Shown here: positions 53,920 through 63,234 of the stretch, piece after piece | How the letters are laid out: the number at the start of each line of letters is the position of its first letter | Position numbering within the stretch: the first letter of the stretch is position 1 | Source: Candidatus Kerfeldbacteria bacterium | Lineage (GTDB): Bacteria; Patescibacteriota; Patescibacteriia; SBBC01; CAIJZX01 | DNA length: 64,000 nt | Direction: 5' to 3' | NCBI GenBank assembly: GCA_016193315.1 | Contig: JACPSJ010000001.1 | Span: 219,981 to 283,980, forward strand | The notes under the pieces: generated by a model | The model's input: the letters and a program-made list of their open reading frames with translations, nothing else | Told to the model about the DNA's origin: nothing | Databases searched by the model: none | Made by a program: the position numbers and the translations under genes

Positions 53920-55989
53920 CTATTCGCGGTGGAAGGCGAGACCATGATGGTCGGAGTTCGGAATCAACTGTGGGACAAGGCCCGAACGGTGGGCGATGAT
54001 ATCGCGCGCGGCCAGGCGCGCCGCCTCCATCAGCGCCGTGTCTAGCAAGGTGGCCAACTGCCAATCCGGCAGCCCGGACTGGCGTAACCCGTAAAGGTCG
54101 CCGCCGCCGCGCAGCTCAAGATCTAATTCGGCCAAGCGATAGCCGTCGTCGATCTTAGCTACCCGATGCAAACGATCGAGCATGGCTTCACTTGTCTGGT
54201 CGGTGACGAGAAAACAGCGACTCGGTCGAGAGCCGCGTCCGACCCGGCCGCGAAGTTGATGGAGCTGGGCCAACCCGAATCGTTCCGCCCCTTCGATGAT
54301 CATCAGCGTCGCGTTGGGGACGTCAATGCCGACCTCAATGACCGTGGTGCTGACCAGGAGGTCAAGCTGGTGTTGTCGAAACCGTTGCAGGATCTGGAGA
54401 CGCTCGTTGGCCGGCAATGATCCGTGGAGTAGGCCGATCCGCAGTTTCGGCCAGGCGGCGGTCAGCCGTTCGGCCTCGCTGGTGGCGGCTCGGACTCCGA
54501 GCGCATCCGATTCGACGATCAGGGGAGTAATGACGAAGACCTGCTCACCGCGGCCGACGGTTTCCGTGGTCACTCGATCGACCTGGGCTCGACCAGCCGG
54601 TCCGATGACCGTGGTCGGGATCGGCTGGCGACCAACCGGTTTGTGTCGGAGCGCGGAAATGCTGAGCTGACCGGTTAAAAACAAAGCCAGCGTTCGGGGG
54701 ATGGGCGTGGCGGTCAGACTGAGGAAGTGCGGCATTGGCTGGCCGGCGGCAATTTGCCGTTCCAGAAGTTGTTGACGCTGCTGAACCCCAAACCGCTGCT
54801 GTTCGTCAATGATCACCAAGCCGAGACGGTGCCAGCCAACAGTTTCCGCTAGCAGGGCGTGGGTGGCGACGACGAGATTGATGGTGCCGGACTGCAATCG
54901 CGCGGTGAAATCCGACCGACTGATCGGGCCACGCTGGCCGGCGAGGCGCAGCCCGCTGCTTGACAGGAACCCAACGCTCGCGTGTTCAGCCGGCAACAAC
55001 GTGCTCAGGGTTTGCCAATGCTGTTCAGCCAGCACCACCGTCGGCGCCAGCCAGGCGACCTGCCAGCCGCCAAGAACGGCGTTGAAGGCGGCCATCGCCG
55101 CCACCAAGGTTTTCCCCGAGCCGACGTCGCCTTGGAGCAGTCGGGCCATCGGTTCGGTCCGCTGCAGGTCCTGAAGTATTTGCCAGGCCGCTAAACGCTG
55201 GTCATGGGTGAGGGGAAACGGCAATTGGCGGACAAAGGCCCGGATGTCTGCCTGGCGGAAGGGAATGGTTGGCGCGGGGTGGCGCTGGCTGAGCGTCGCC
55301 GCATGCTGCCAGCGCAGCTGCCAGGCCAGGAGCTCATCGAATTTCAAACGGCGAACCGCCGCCGCGGCGGCTTCGGGCGAGGTGGGAAAATGAATTTGCC
55401 TGAGCGCCTCGGCTCGCTCGCTCAAGTCAAGTGACTGGCGTATGTCAGCCGGCAGCGTCTCCGGCACCAGGCTGATGAGGGCTACGGCCTGCTTCATCAC
55501 CCGGCGGATTTGCCATTGCGATAGCCCAGCTGTCGACGGGTAGACTGGTACCAGTTTCTCGTGGCTGGGATTAGCGGTCGGTCGTTCGTAGAACGGGTTT
55601 TGGAGTTGGAGTTTGCCTTGCTTGGTCCGGCTGACGCGACCGGATAAATACAACCACTGCCCGATTTTGAACCAGGTCGCTAAGTACGGCTGGTTGAACC
55701 AGACCACGGCCAGCCGCCCGCCGGTACGGTCGGTGACCACGGCTTCAGTCACGTTCATCCGCCGGCGCCAAGCCGGTCTGGCCTTGATCGAACTGATTTG
55801 CCCGACCACCGTCACTTCCTGGCCGACGGTCAGCCGGTCAATGCTCACCCGCTGGCGAAAATCCTGGTGGCGGATTGGAAAATGAAACAGGGCATCTTGC
55901 AGAGTGGTTAAACCCAAGGACGTGAATTTCTCGGCGATCTCTGGACGGACGCCGCGCAATGACTTGATTGGTGTCAGGAGCGAGGGCAT
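53920..55989 (-). CDS. recG: ATP-dependent DNA helicase RecG
   Basis: Wedge domain, helicase motif I DVGSGKTLVA, motif II IIDEQQRFGV, motif VI QLRGRVGRG and the C-terminal TRG region. The start was chosen at MPSLLTPIKSL. Confidence 0.9.
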   Translation of the reverse strand: MPSLLTPIKSLRGVRPEIAEKFTSLGLTTLQDALFHFPIRHQDFRQRVSIDRLTVGQEVTVVGQISSIKARPAWRRRMNVTEAVVTDRTGGRLAVVWFNQPYLATWFKIGQWLYLSGRVSRTKQGKLQLQNPFYERPTANPSHEKLVPVYPSTAGLSQWQIRRVMKQAVALISLVPETLPADIRQSLDLSERAEALRQIHFPTSPEAAAAAVRRLKFDELLAWQLRWQHAATLSQRHPAPTIPFRQADIRAFVRQLPFPLTHDQRLAAWQILQDLQRTEPMARLLQGDVGSGKTLVAAMAAFNAVLGGWQVAWLAPTVVLAEQHWQTLSTLLPAEHASVGFLSSSGLRLAGQRGPISRSDFTARLQSGTINLVVATHALLAETVGWHRLGLVIIDEQQRFGVQQRQQLLERQIAAGQPMPHFLSLTATPIPRTLALFLTGQLSISALRHKPVGRQPIPTTVIGPAGRAQVDRVTTETVGRGEQVFVITPLIVESDALGVRAATSEAERLTAAWPKLRIGLLHGSLPANERLQILQRFRQHQLDLLVSTTVIEVGIDVPNATLMIIEGAERFGLAQLHQLRGRVGRGSRPSRCFLVTDQTSEAMLDRLHRVAKIDDGYRLAELDLELRGGGDLYGLRQSGLPDWQLATLLDTALMEAARLAARDIIAHRSGLVPQLIPNSDHHGLAFHRE

Positions 55990-56135
55990 ACCTGTATTGT
56001 AGCAAAAGCACCGCGAAAGACCCTGCCTCAACCTTGTTTTTTTGGTCGACTTCTGGTACAATAGCGCGGTTAGAATTACGGTCTGACCCCCGCGGAGTAT
56101 CAGGAGTAGCATTAGTGGTCAGAATCATGACTCAC

Positions 56136-56170
56136 GCGCCCGTAGCTCAGTCCGGATAGAGCATCACCCC
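56136..56170 (+). other. tRNA 5-prime fragment (acceptor + D-arm), D-arm identical to the downstream tRNA-Arg. Its acceptor is perfectly complementary to a 3-prime fragment at 56411-56448.
   Basis: GCGCCCG-TA-GCTCAGTCCGGATAGAGC-A-TCACC...; no complementary anticodon-stem partner is found nearby. Confidence 0.4.
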
Positions 56171-56287
56171 GTAATGACTCGTCAAGACAAGCTTGACTCG
56201 TCCACGGGGCACGGCTTGCGGACCCCGTACAACCTCGCTACGTTCAGTCTACGGGGCCAGGCGGAAGAAGACCCTTTTTCGCTGAGC

Positions 56288-56362
56288 GTCCCTATAGCTC
56301 AGTCCGGATAGAGCGTCAGCTTGCGGAGCTGAAGGTCGCAGGTTCAAATCCTGCTGGGGACG
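56288..56362 (+). tRNA. tRNA-Arg-like, anticodon read as GCG; embedded in a 13-bp leader/trailer extension of the acceptor stem
   Basis: GTCCCTA TA GCTC AGTCCGGAT AGAGC G TCAGC TTGCGGA GCTGA AGGTC GCAGG TTCAAAT CCTGC TGGGGAC G. Flanks TTTTTCGCTGAGC / GCTCAGCGAAAAA are complementary. Confidence 0.8.
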
Positions 56363-56410
56363 CTCAGCGAAAAAAGAGGCAGGCTTGTCCCGTGGATTCT
56401 AGCGGAGCGA

Positions 56411-56448
56411 GGATCTATAGGGGATTCAAATCCTGTCGGGCGCGCCAG
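56411..56448 (+). other. tRNA 3-prime fragment (T-loop-like TTCAAAT + acceptor CGGGCGC + G + CCA), complementary to the 5-prime fragment at 56136
   Basis: CGGGCGC is the exact complement of GCGCCCG; the T-stem pairing is imperfect. Confidence 0.35.
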
Positions 56449-56449
56449 G

Positions 56450-56476
56450 GAAGGGTGGCCGAGTGGGTTGCGGCGG
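56450..56476 (+). other. tRNA-Ser-type 5-prime fragment (acceptor GGAAGGG + class II D-arm), followed by long GC hairpins
   Basis: GGAAGGG TG GCC GAGTGGGTTGC GGC, similar to the 5-prime end of tRNA-Ser(GCT); its 3-prime partner is at 56748-56810. Confidence 0.4.
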
Positions 56477-56622
56477 GGTGCGAACGCAAAGCAAATGAAC
56501 TGCTTCATTTGCGTCCCGCCGCAACGGGCGCGGCCATGTTCCGGAGGAACGAACGCGCCCAGGAAGAAAAATTTGGATTGAACCGGCGACCTTAAAAAAC
56601 GATCAACCGAGCAGCTCCTGGC

Positions 56623-56712
56623 GGAGAGGTGGCCGAGTGGCTGAAGGCAGCGGTTTGCTAAACCGTTATATGGTCAAAAGCCGTATCGTGGGTTCGAATC
56701 CCACCCTCTCCG
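56623..56712 (+). tRNA. tRNA-Ser(GCT), CCA encoded, flanked by 11-12-bp leader/trailer complementarity
   Basis: GGAGAGG TG GCC GAGTGGCTGAA GGC A GCGGT TTGCTAA ACCGT [long variable arm] GTGGG TTCGAAT CCCAC CCTCTCC G CCA. Confidence 0.85.
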
Positions 56713-56747
56713 CCAGGAGCTGGTGGATAATACTGAATGTATTAGGG

Positions 56748-56810
56748 ACGGTTTGCTAAACCTTGGTGCCGCAAGGCGCCTCGTGGGTTCGAATCCCACC
56801 CCTTCCGCCA
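56748..56810 (+). other. tRNA-Ser(GCT)-like 3-prime portion (anticodon arm ACGGT-TTGCTAA-ACCTT, variable arm, T-arm, acceptor CCCTTCC-G-CCA), complementary to the 5-prime fragment at 56450
   Basis: CCCTTCC is the exact complement of GGAAGGG. A further truncated copy, GAATCCCACCCCTTCCGCCA, lies at 56964-56983. Confidence 0.4.
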
Positions 56811-57098
56811 CGACCAACGAAGGTGAGGAGTGGCGACCTGTGCGCCGAAGGGCGCACGCGGAATGCGGCGGGATTCGAAGGGTTGGAGCGAGCTAGTCGC
56901 GTCGGGCGCGACGCGGCGAGCGATCGACGAGCCGCCGGTGGCGGGTCGTCGCAACCCAGGAAAGAATCCCACCCCTTCCGCCAGTTCGTATGTAGCGCGG
57001 AGCCGCGCGATAGTGGTTGGATCGGGCAGCCTTGTCCCGCCGATGGCGGAGAGTTGGCTGAGTGGTTTAAGGCGGCGGTCTCGTCACCGCACCGGAGC

Positions 57099-57185
57099 GG
57101 AGGGGTGGCTGAGTGGTCGAAAGCGACGGTCTTGAAAACCGTTAGACCTTCACGGGTCTCGTGAGTTCGAATCTCACCCCCTCCG
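57099..57185 (+). tRNA. tRNA-Ser(TGA)
   Basis: GGAGGGG TG GCT GAGTGGTCGAAA GCG A CGGT(C) CTTGAAA ACCG [variable arm GACCTTCACGGGTC] GTGAG TTCGAAT CTCAC CCCCTCC G. A degenerate 5-prime partial copy lies immediately upstream (57044-57098). Confidence 0.85.
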
Positions 57186-57520
57186 CCCTGGTGCGGGATC
57201 CCGTCTATTTTCTTTGATATTATAGGGGCGGGAAAAACCGCTAAACCTGCAAAGGTTTCGTAGGTTCGAATCCTAACGCCTCCGCTCCCGTCATGAGTCT
57301 TGTCCCTCAGAGCCGGATCCGGCTTCGCCGTAAAAACCGTCAGTCATGAAAAGGTCTCGTGGGTTCTCCGCCTCCGTTCTCCCTGCAACATCGGGCGGAT
57401 CCGCCGCAGCTTAAAAAAAAAGCGGAGGCGGAGAATCTCACCCCTCTGCTTTGTTCGCGGATCCCGCTAACCTTTGATTCTCTAAAATAAGAAGCGGGGA
57501 AAACCGTAAAAACATACAGG
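57186..57520. repeat. Degenerate tRNA-derived repeat region with GGATCC-centred GC palindromes
   Basis: Repeated tRNA 3-prime-end-like pieces (GGTTCGAATCCTAACGCCTCCGC, GGGTTCTCCGCCTCCG, GAATCTCACCCCTCT). Palindromes GCGGGATCCCG, GCCGGATCCGGC, GGGCGGATCCGCC and GCGGATCCCGC. 10-bp inverted repeat TCCGCCTCCG/CGGAGGCGGA. Confidence 0.4.
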
Positions 57521-57682
57521 GACAACTGAACTACTAATCCCTTTTTCCACAATTTATAAATCGAATGTCTAAGATCCCAGATGACCACGAAGCGAGTCCT
57601 TCGGGACAACCGCCTCCGCAAAAAACTGGCGTTGTGCGTCACGAAATCGATGCGAGAGATGTCAACCTAGTTTGACGGCTCG

Positions 57683-58591
57683 ATGACCAGAATTGTGGTG
57701 ACGCAGAATCTTGGCCTTAGTCTCGATCAGGTTGGGCGCTTGAGAAAATTAGGCCAAGTTAAGACTTACGATCGTCTGGCCAAGTCGCCGGAGGAGTGGT
57801 TGAAACGTTGCGCCGGCGCGGACATTATTTGTACCGGGAAATTTGGGCTGCGCGACAAAATTTACGAACTCCAGAACGTCTTTATAGCGGTCCCGTTCGT
57901 TGGCGTCGGGTGGATAGACCAAGAAAAAATCAAACAACGCAACATCAAAGTCGCGAACGCACCCGGGAGCAACAAGGACGCCGTGGCTGAATGGATAACA
58001 TACATGATACTCAGTCTTTTCAGGCGGTTCCCGGTATTTGTCAATGCGAAGAAGCGGCAATGGGGCGACATTCCAGACGCCACGAGCAGCCTAACCGGCA
58101 AAACGGTAACGATTCTTGGACGGGGGAATATCGGCACTCGGGTCGGCAAGCTCTGCCAAGTCTTCGACATGGACGTGAAGTACTTTACCCGGGGAGAAAA
58201 TCTCTACCACGTCATTCGTGACGCTGATGTCGTTGTCGACTGCCTTAGTCTTAACCCCAGCACCAGGGGGCTGCTTGATAGAGAATTCTTCCAGCACATG
58301 AAGCGCGGCGCCTTTTTCATCACCCCCACCGGTAAAGAAATTTGGGATGTAGACGCATTATTTGAGGCCTTGGATAAGGGCCCCCTCAAGGGCGCGGCGA
58401 CTGATGCTGGGAGCGTGCAAGTGGGCAATATCGAGGACGATTTCTACCAGCGGCTGCTCAGCCATCCTAAGTTATTGGTTACACCGCACATCGCGTACAA
58501 TACGGACATCACCAACCGGGTTGGCGGCGACATGATGATCAGCAATATTAGGGCTTGGCTAAATGGCAAACCCACTAACCTATACACATAG
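57683..58591 (+). CDS. D-isomer-specific 2-hydroxyacid dehydrogenase family (NAD-binding)
   Basis: Rossmann motif ILGRGNIGTRVG, catalytic region including HIAYNT; about 50% GC. Confidence 0.8.
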   Translation: MTRIVVTQNLGLSLDQVGRLRKLGQVKTYDRLAKSPEEWLKRCAGADIICTGKFGLRDKIYELQNVFIAVPFVGVGWIDQEKIKQRNIKVANAPGSNKDAVAEWITYMILSLFRRFPVFVNAKKRQWGDIPDATSSLTGKTVTILGRGNIGTRVGKLCQVFDMDVKYFTRGENLYHVIRDADVVVDCLSLNPSTRGLLDREFFQHMKRGAFFITPTGKEIWDVDALFEALDKGPLKGAATDAGSVQVGNIEDDFYQRLLSHPKLLVTPHIAYNTDITNRVGGDMMISNIRAWLNGKPTNLYT

Positions 58592-58622
58592 TCGTTTTTG
58601 ACATCGACTCGCATCGATCGAA

Positions 58623-59144
58623 ATGGCGAAGTCAGTTCTCGTAACCGGCATTTCTGGCTCAGGTAAGTCATCTATTTGCCACGAACTCCTCAGGCGTGGC
58701 TTCTCGGCCATGAGCTTGGATGCTGTGCCGGGCCTGTGTTACGCCCGGGACAGAACCACCGGACGAATCATTCATCAACCACGCAATGACTTGGTGTCTG
58801 TCATGCAGCGGGACTGGATTTGCGATCGAGGGCGTCTACAGAAACTGATTGGCCAGACTCTGCGGGACCCAACTTTCTATTGCGGAATCGCTTCCAACAT
58901 GAATGAACTTCTGTCACTGTTTGACCAAGTATTCTTGCTGGTCGCCAGCCCAAAAACCATTCGACTTCGATTAGCGATGCGAACCAATAATGATTTTGGT
59001 CATGATCCGGCAGTTCAAGATTGGATTGTCGGCTGGAAAGATTCATGGGAAGGTCAAGTCCAGAAGAACGGGGCGGTTAGCACCAATGCCGATCGGCCGG
59101 TTGATCGAGTCGCGGATGAAATTATTCAAAACAGCAAGCCGTGA
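58623..59144 (+). CDS. P-loop NTPase/kinase (AAA_33-like)
   Basis: Walker A VTGISGSGKSS. Confidence 0.5.
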   Translation: MAKSVLVTGISGSGKSSICHELLRRGFSAMSLDAVPGLCYARDRTTGRIIHQPRNDLVSVMQRDWICDRGRLQKLIGQTLRDPTFYCGIASNMNELLSLFDQVFLLVASPKTIRLRLAMRTNNDFGHDPAVQDWIVGWKDSWEGQVQKNGAVSTNADRPVDRVADEIIQNSKP

Positions 59145-59264
59145 GCCGACGCACCGATAATACACAACCAGGCCAGTTTAGGGCCGTGATGTTGTTTTGA
59201 ACGGGAGGTTTCATCAGCGGCCGAAAGCCATCGACAACAGTCTCCCAGGGCGTCGAGCTTCCGG

Positions 59265-59783
59265 TTGGTGGGGCCTGTATGCTATCATGCTGTCATGCCC
59301 GACCCCCACCCCCGCGGCGACATCCTGATGAGCTGGACGTTTCCGGAGTTCGACCAGCACCAACGCAGTCGCGCCTGGTACTTGTGGTTCATGGCGGCCG
59401 TTATCGCCTTCTTGGGCTACGCCATCTGGGCGGCTAATTACACCTTTGCCTTTATCATTTTCTTGGCCGCCTTCATTCTGGTTGTCCGCTTGCGTCGTCG
59501 ACCCCTGCCGGTGACGGTAGCCATTCGCGAAGAGGGAATTGAGGTCGGCCAGCGTTTTTGGACGTGGCGCGAGCTGAAAGAGTATTGGATCATCTACCGT
59601 CCGCCGGAAACAAGAAAGCTGTACCTCGAGTTCAAAGGCGCCTTTCGCCCGGCGCTTGACATCTCGCTCGAGACTCAGAACCCGCTCAAGATCCGACAAG
59701 TACTAAATGAGTTCCTGCTCGAGAACACCAAGCGCGAAGAAGAGCCAGTCAGCGACCAATGGTCGCGGGCCCTGAAAATCTAG
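59265..59783 (+). CDS. Hypothetical membrane protein
   Basis: Two TM helices (WYLWFMAAVIAFLGYAIWAANYTFAFIIFLAAFILVV). Confidence 0.35.
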   Translation: MVGPVCYHAVMPDPHPRGDILMSWTFPEFDQHQRSRAWYLWFMAAVIAFLGYAIWAANYTFAFIIFLAAFILVVRLRRRPLPVTVAIREEGIEVGQRFWTWRELKEYWIIYRPPETRKLYLEFKGAFRPALDISLETQNPLKIRQVLNEFLLENTKREEEPVSDQWSRALKI

Positions 59784-59791
59784 ACGGGCGT

Positions 59792-60430
59792 TCAGCCTTT
59801 CGCTAAGGCGCAGGCGAAAACATACCGCGCGCCGCGCCGGCGCAAGGCTTGGGCACAGGCGGTCATGGTCGCGCCGGTGGTGATGACATCGTCAACCAGC
59901 AGCCAGGTGTCGGTCGGTAGCTCGGCCACGGCCGTGAAAGCATCGGCCACGTTCTTCTGACGTTCATCGGCCGACAGGGCGGTTTGGGTCTCGGTGTCTC
60001 TCGTGCGTCGCAAAACCGGCACCAGCGGGCGACCGGTTATCTTTCCAACCGCTCGGGCGATGAGTTCGGACTGGTTAAAACCGCGGGCTCGCTGCCGGCG
60101 CGGATGGAGCGGCACCGGCACGATGGTGCTTGTTTTTGGTAACCTCGCCAAGTCCGATTCGAGCGGTCGGAGCAGCTCGCCAAGCAGTTCTTCGGCCGCC
60201 GTCCAGTTCGAGTACTTAAGACGTTGAATGAATGCTTTGAGCGGCGGGCAATCGTAGCCGGCTCGAATGTAGACCGACTGGCAGCCGACCAGTTTGACGG
60301 CCTCGACCGTCGGCGCCATTGCCAGCTGCTGATGTGCCGCTTGACACAACCACTGTCCCTCATGGGAACAATGAACGCACAGCGGTGGGAGTAGCCAGTT
60401 CATGAGTTGGTTGGGGAGGCTGGTTAACAT
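59792..60430 (-). CDS. comFC: ComF-family phosphoribosyltransferase-domain protein
   Basis: N-terminal Cys cluster (CVHCSHEGQWLCQ) and the PRTase motif LLVDDVITTGATM. Confidence 0.75.
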   Translation of the reverse strand: MLTSLPNQLMNWLLPPLCVHCSHEGQWLCQAAHQQLAMAPTVEAVKLVGCQSVYIRAGYDCPPLKAFIQRLKYSNWTAAEELLGELLRPLESDLARLPKTSTIVPVPLHPRRQRARGFNQSELIARAVGKITGRPLVPVLRRTRDTETQTALSADERQKNVADAFTAVAELPTDTWLLVDDVITTGATMTACAQALRRRGARYVFACALAKG

Positions 60431-60490
60431 AAAAGAGAGTCGCCTGACCTCGAGTCAGGTGGAGTAGAGTCCGGCCAAGCCTGGCAATAT

Positions 60491-63076
60491 CTACGCTGCC
60501 CGTCGAGTTTGTTTCTCGATCACGACGGCTTTGTTCTTTACCCCAATCCGGACCGCCTGTCCATTCTTGACCCGGCCGTCAAGCAACATCCCGGCCAGAG
60601 GAGTTTCCACTTGTTCCTGGATGATGCGACTGATCGCGCGGGCCCCGTAATCAGGACTGAAACCAAGCTCGGCGATCTTAGCCCGCGCTTGGGCTGTCAG
60701 TTTCAAGCGGATGGCCTGTTCATCAAGCCGGCGCTGGAGATCAGCTATTTGCAGTTCAACGATCCGTTCAACGGCCGCCTGATCGAGCGGTCGGTAGACG
60801 ACAATCTTGTCGATGCGGTTCAAGAATTCCGGTCGGAAGGTGCGGTCGACTTCAGCCAGCACCCGCTCCTTCAGTTGTTCATAACGCTGTTTCAATTCTT
60901 GTCGCTGGCCATGATCGCGAGCTTCAAAGCCGATTGACTGCGCTTGGTTGAAGCTCTGCAAACCGATGTTCGAGGTCATGATGATGATGGCGTTCTTGAA
61001 ATTGATGGTCTTGCCGACGGCGTCGGTGAGGTGACCTTCGTCAAGCACTTGGAGCAGGAGGTTGAACAGATCGGGGTGGGCTTTTTCGATTTCATCGAAC
61101 AGCACTACCGCGTACGGTTTCCGCTTGACGGCGTCGGTTAGCTTAGCTCCCTCTTTGTAGCCGACGTAACCGGCCGGGGCGCCGATCAGCTTGCTGATGT
61201 TGAAACTTTCTTGAAACTCGGACATGTCGATCCGGATCAAAGCGCTGTCGTCTTCGAACACCGTCCGGGCGATGACCTTGGCGGTTTCGGTTTTGCCAAC
61301 CCCCGACGGGCCGAGGAAAAGGAACGAACCGATCGGCCGGTTGGGGTTGCTCAAGCCGACCCGCGAGCGGCGAATGGAATTGGCGATCATGCGAATGGCG
61401 TCGTCTTGGCCGACGATCCGTTGCTTGAGCAGATCTTCTAGGTGGAGCAAGCGGTCGCGCTCGGCCTTGACTAAGTCGTGCAACGGCACGCCGGTCATCC
61501 GGGCCACCACTTCCGCCACCTCACGCTGACCGATGGCGCCGATGAAGGTCAGCGGTTGCTTTGCTTCGCGCTCGCGGAACTTGGCCAACTTGTGCTGAAT
61601 CGCCAACTCTTGGTTTTTCAGCTGCAGCGCCTGATCGAACTGCTCTTGCTGGACCGCCTGGTGTTTGCGCTGGCGGAGCTGATCGAGATCTTTCTCCAGG
61701 GCCCGAAGATGACGGAACGCGGCCGATCCGCCGCGGCCGACCTTGACTTTTGAGGCCGCTTCGTCAATCAGGTCGATGGCTTTATCGGGCAGGAAACGAT
61801 CTTGGATGTACCGCACGGACAGCCGCACCGACGCCTCCAACGCCTCATCATTGACGCGAACGGCGTGGAACTGTTCATAGTTGGCTTTGATGCCCCGCAG
61901 GATCTGCAGCGTTTCCTCGGCGCTCGGTTCGTTAACCACAATCGGCTGGAAGCGGCGTTCCAGGGCCGGGTCGGATTCGACGTGCTTCTTATATTCTTCG
62001 AGCGTGGTGGCGCCGATGGCACGGATCTGACCTTTGGCCAGCGCCGGCTTCAATAGGTTGGCGGCGTCCATCGACCCGGAGGCCGAACCAGCGCCGATGA
62101 TGGTATGCAGCTCGTCGATGAAGAGAATGATGTTCGGGTCGGCTTTGATTTCCTCGACGATTTGCTTCAGCCGCGATTCGAATTCGCCGCGGTAAATGGT
62201 CCCGGCCACCACCAGCCCGAGGTCCAGGGCCAGCACCCGCTTGCGCAGCAGCGTTTCCGGCACCTGCTCCTGAATGATTCGCTTGGCCAAGCCCTCGACG
62301 ATGGCCGTCTTGCCCACCCCCGGATCGCCGATCAGGACCGGGTTGCTCTTCGTCCGCCGGCTGAGGATGTGGATCAGTCGGTCGATTTCGGCCTGGCGGC
62401 CAATGACCGGATCGATAGATTTTTGAACCACCTCATCGGTCAAATCGGTGGTGAAGAAATCAAGGGCCGGCGTTTTGTCGCCGCGCGGGCGGCCCGGAGC
62501 CGAGGGCACGGCCACGGTTTCTTCGGCGCCGGCCTTGGCCTGGTCGAAGAAGCTAGAGATGTCGGGAAAACGGGTGGTGTTTTTCAGCACCATCAACAAC
62601 TGTCGTCGGGCCTCCCGGACATTCAGTTGATTCTCTTTCATGATTTGTTCGAGCGTCGGATCGCCGATCTCCAGCAAACCCCAGAACAGGTGTTCGGTGC
62701 CGACGTATTTGTGGTGGTAATTGGCGGCCACCAGCACGGATTTTTCCAGCGCCCGCTTGGCCGGTAGAGAAAACTTCAATTCGTCGGCCCGTAGGTTGAG
62801 CCCCGGCTTGAGGACCGGCTCGTTACGCAGACTGATTAGGTCGCGCAGGGTATCGAGCTTGATGCCGCTCTTGCGGAGAATCTCGTAGGCCACACCGCCC
62901 TTAGTCTCAGCCAATCCGAACAGCAGATGTTCCGGATTAATGTAGCGATTCTTTAATTCGACGCTCAACTCAGCCGCGAAGTTAATGGCACTCCGTAGAT
63001 GGGTGGTGAACTTTTGGAGTATTTCCGGCTTTAGATCGTCCATGGAGTGGCGGAGATTAGGCTGTAGTGTAGCCAC
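60491..63076 (-). CDS. clpC: ATP-dependent Clp protease ATP-binding subunit ClpC (class I Clp/Hsp100)
   Basis: Two Clp_N repeats; AAA-1 Walker A GDPGVGKT; a short UVR-like middle domain; AAA-2 GPSGVGKT; sensor motifs. The M-domain is too short for ClpB. Confidence 0.9.
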   Translation of the reverse strand: MATLQPNLRHSMDDLKPEILQKFTTHLRSAINFAAELSVELKNRYINPEHLLFGLAETKGGVAYEILRKSGIKLDTLRDLISLRNEPVLKPGLNLRADELKFSLPAKRALEKSVLVAANYHHKYVGTEHLFWGLLEIGDPTLEQIMKENQLNVREARRQLLMVLKNTTRFPDISSFFDQAKAGAEETVAVPSAPGRPRGDKTPALDFFTTDLTDEVVQKSIDPVIGRQAEIDRLIHILSRRTKSNPVLIGDPGVGKTAIVEGLAKRIIQEQVPETLLRKRVLALDLGLVVAGTIYRGEFESRLKQIVEEIKADPNIILFIDELHTIIGAGSASGSMDAANLLKPALAKGQIRAIGATTLEEYKKHVESDPALERRFQPIVVNEPSAEETLQILRGIKANYEQFHAVRVNDEALEASVRLSVRYIQDRFLPDKAIDLIDEAASKVKVGRGGSAAFRHLRALEKDLDQLRQRKHQAVQQEQFDQALQLKNQELAIQHKLAKFREREAKQPLTFIGAIGQREVAEVVARMTGVPLHDLVKAERDRLLHLEDLLKQRIVGQDDAIRMIANSIRRSRVGLSNPNRPIGSFLFLGPSGVGKTETAKVIARTVFEDDSALIRIDMSEFQESFNISKLIGAPAGYVGYKEGAKLTDAVKRKPYAVVLFDEIEKAHPDLFNLLLQVLDEGHLTDAVGKTINFKNAIIIMTSNIGLQSFNQAQSIGFEARDHGQRQELKQRYEQLKERVLAEVDRTFRPEFLNRIDKIVVYRPLDQAAVERIVELQIADLQRRLDEQAIRLKLTAQARAKIAELGFSPDYGARAISRIIQEQVETPLAGMLLDGRVKNGQAVRIGVKNKAVVIEKQTRRAA

Positions 63077-63234
63077 TCTTGAAGGACGTTGTCAATAACG
63101 TGCCGGAGGACAAGATAGTCTTCGCGCTGCGCTTCACCTCCGGCCAGCCGTTAACCTAAACCCGAAATCCTAAATCCTGGACTGACTGGTACCGTCCGTC
63201 GCCATCGATGAAGCGCGTCGTCGACTGATCGACG

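Noticed and set aside
60491-63076. ClpB assignment for the Hsp100 gene
   Set aside because: The middle domain between the two AAA modules is only about 60 aa and UVR-like, not the roughly 120-aa ClpB coiled-coil, and N-terminal Clp_N repeats are present. Called ClpC.
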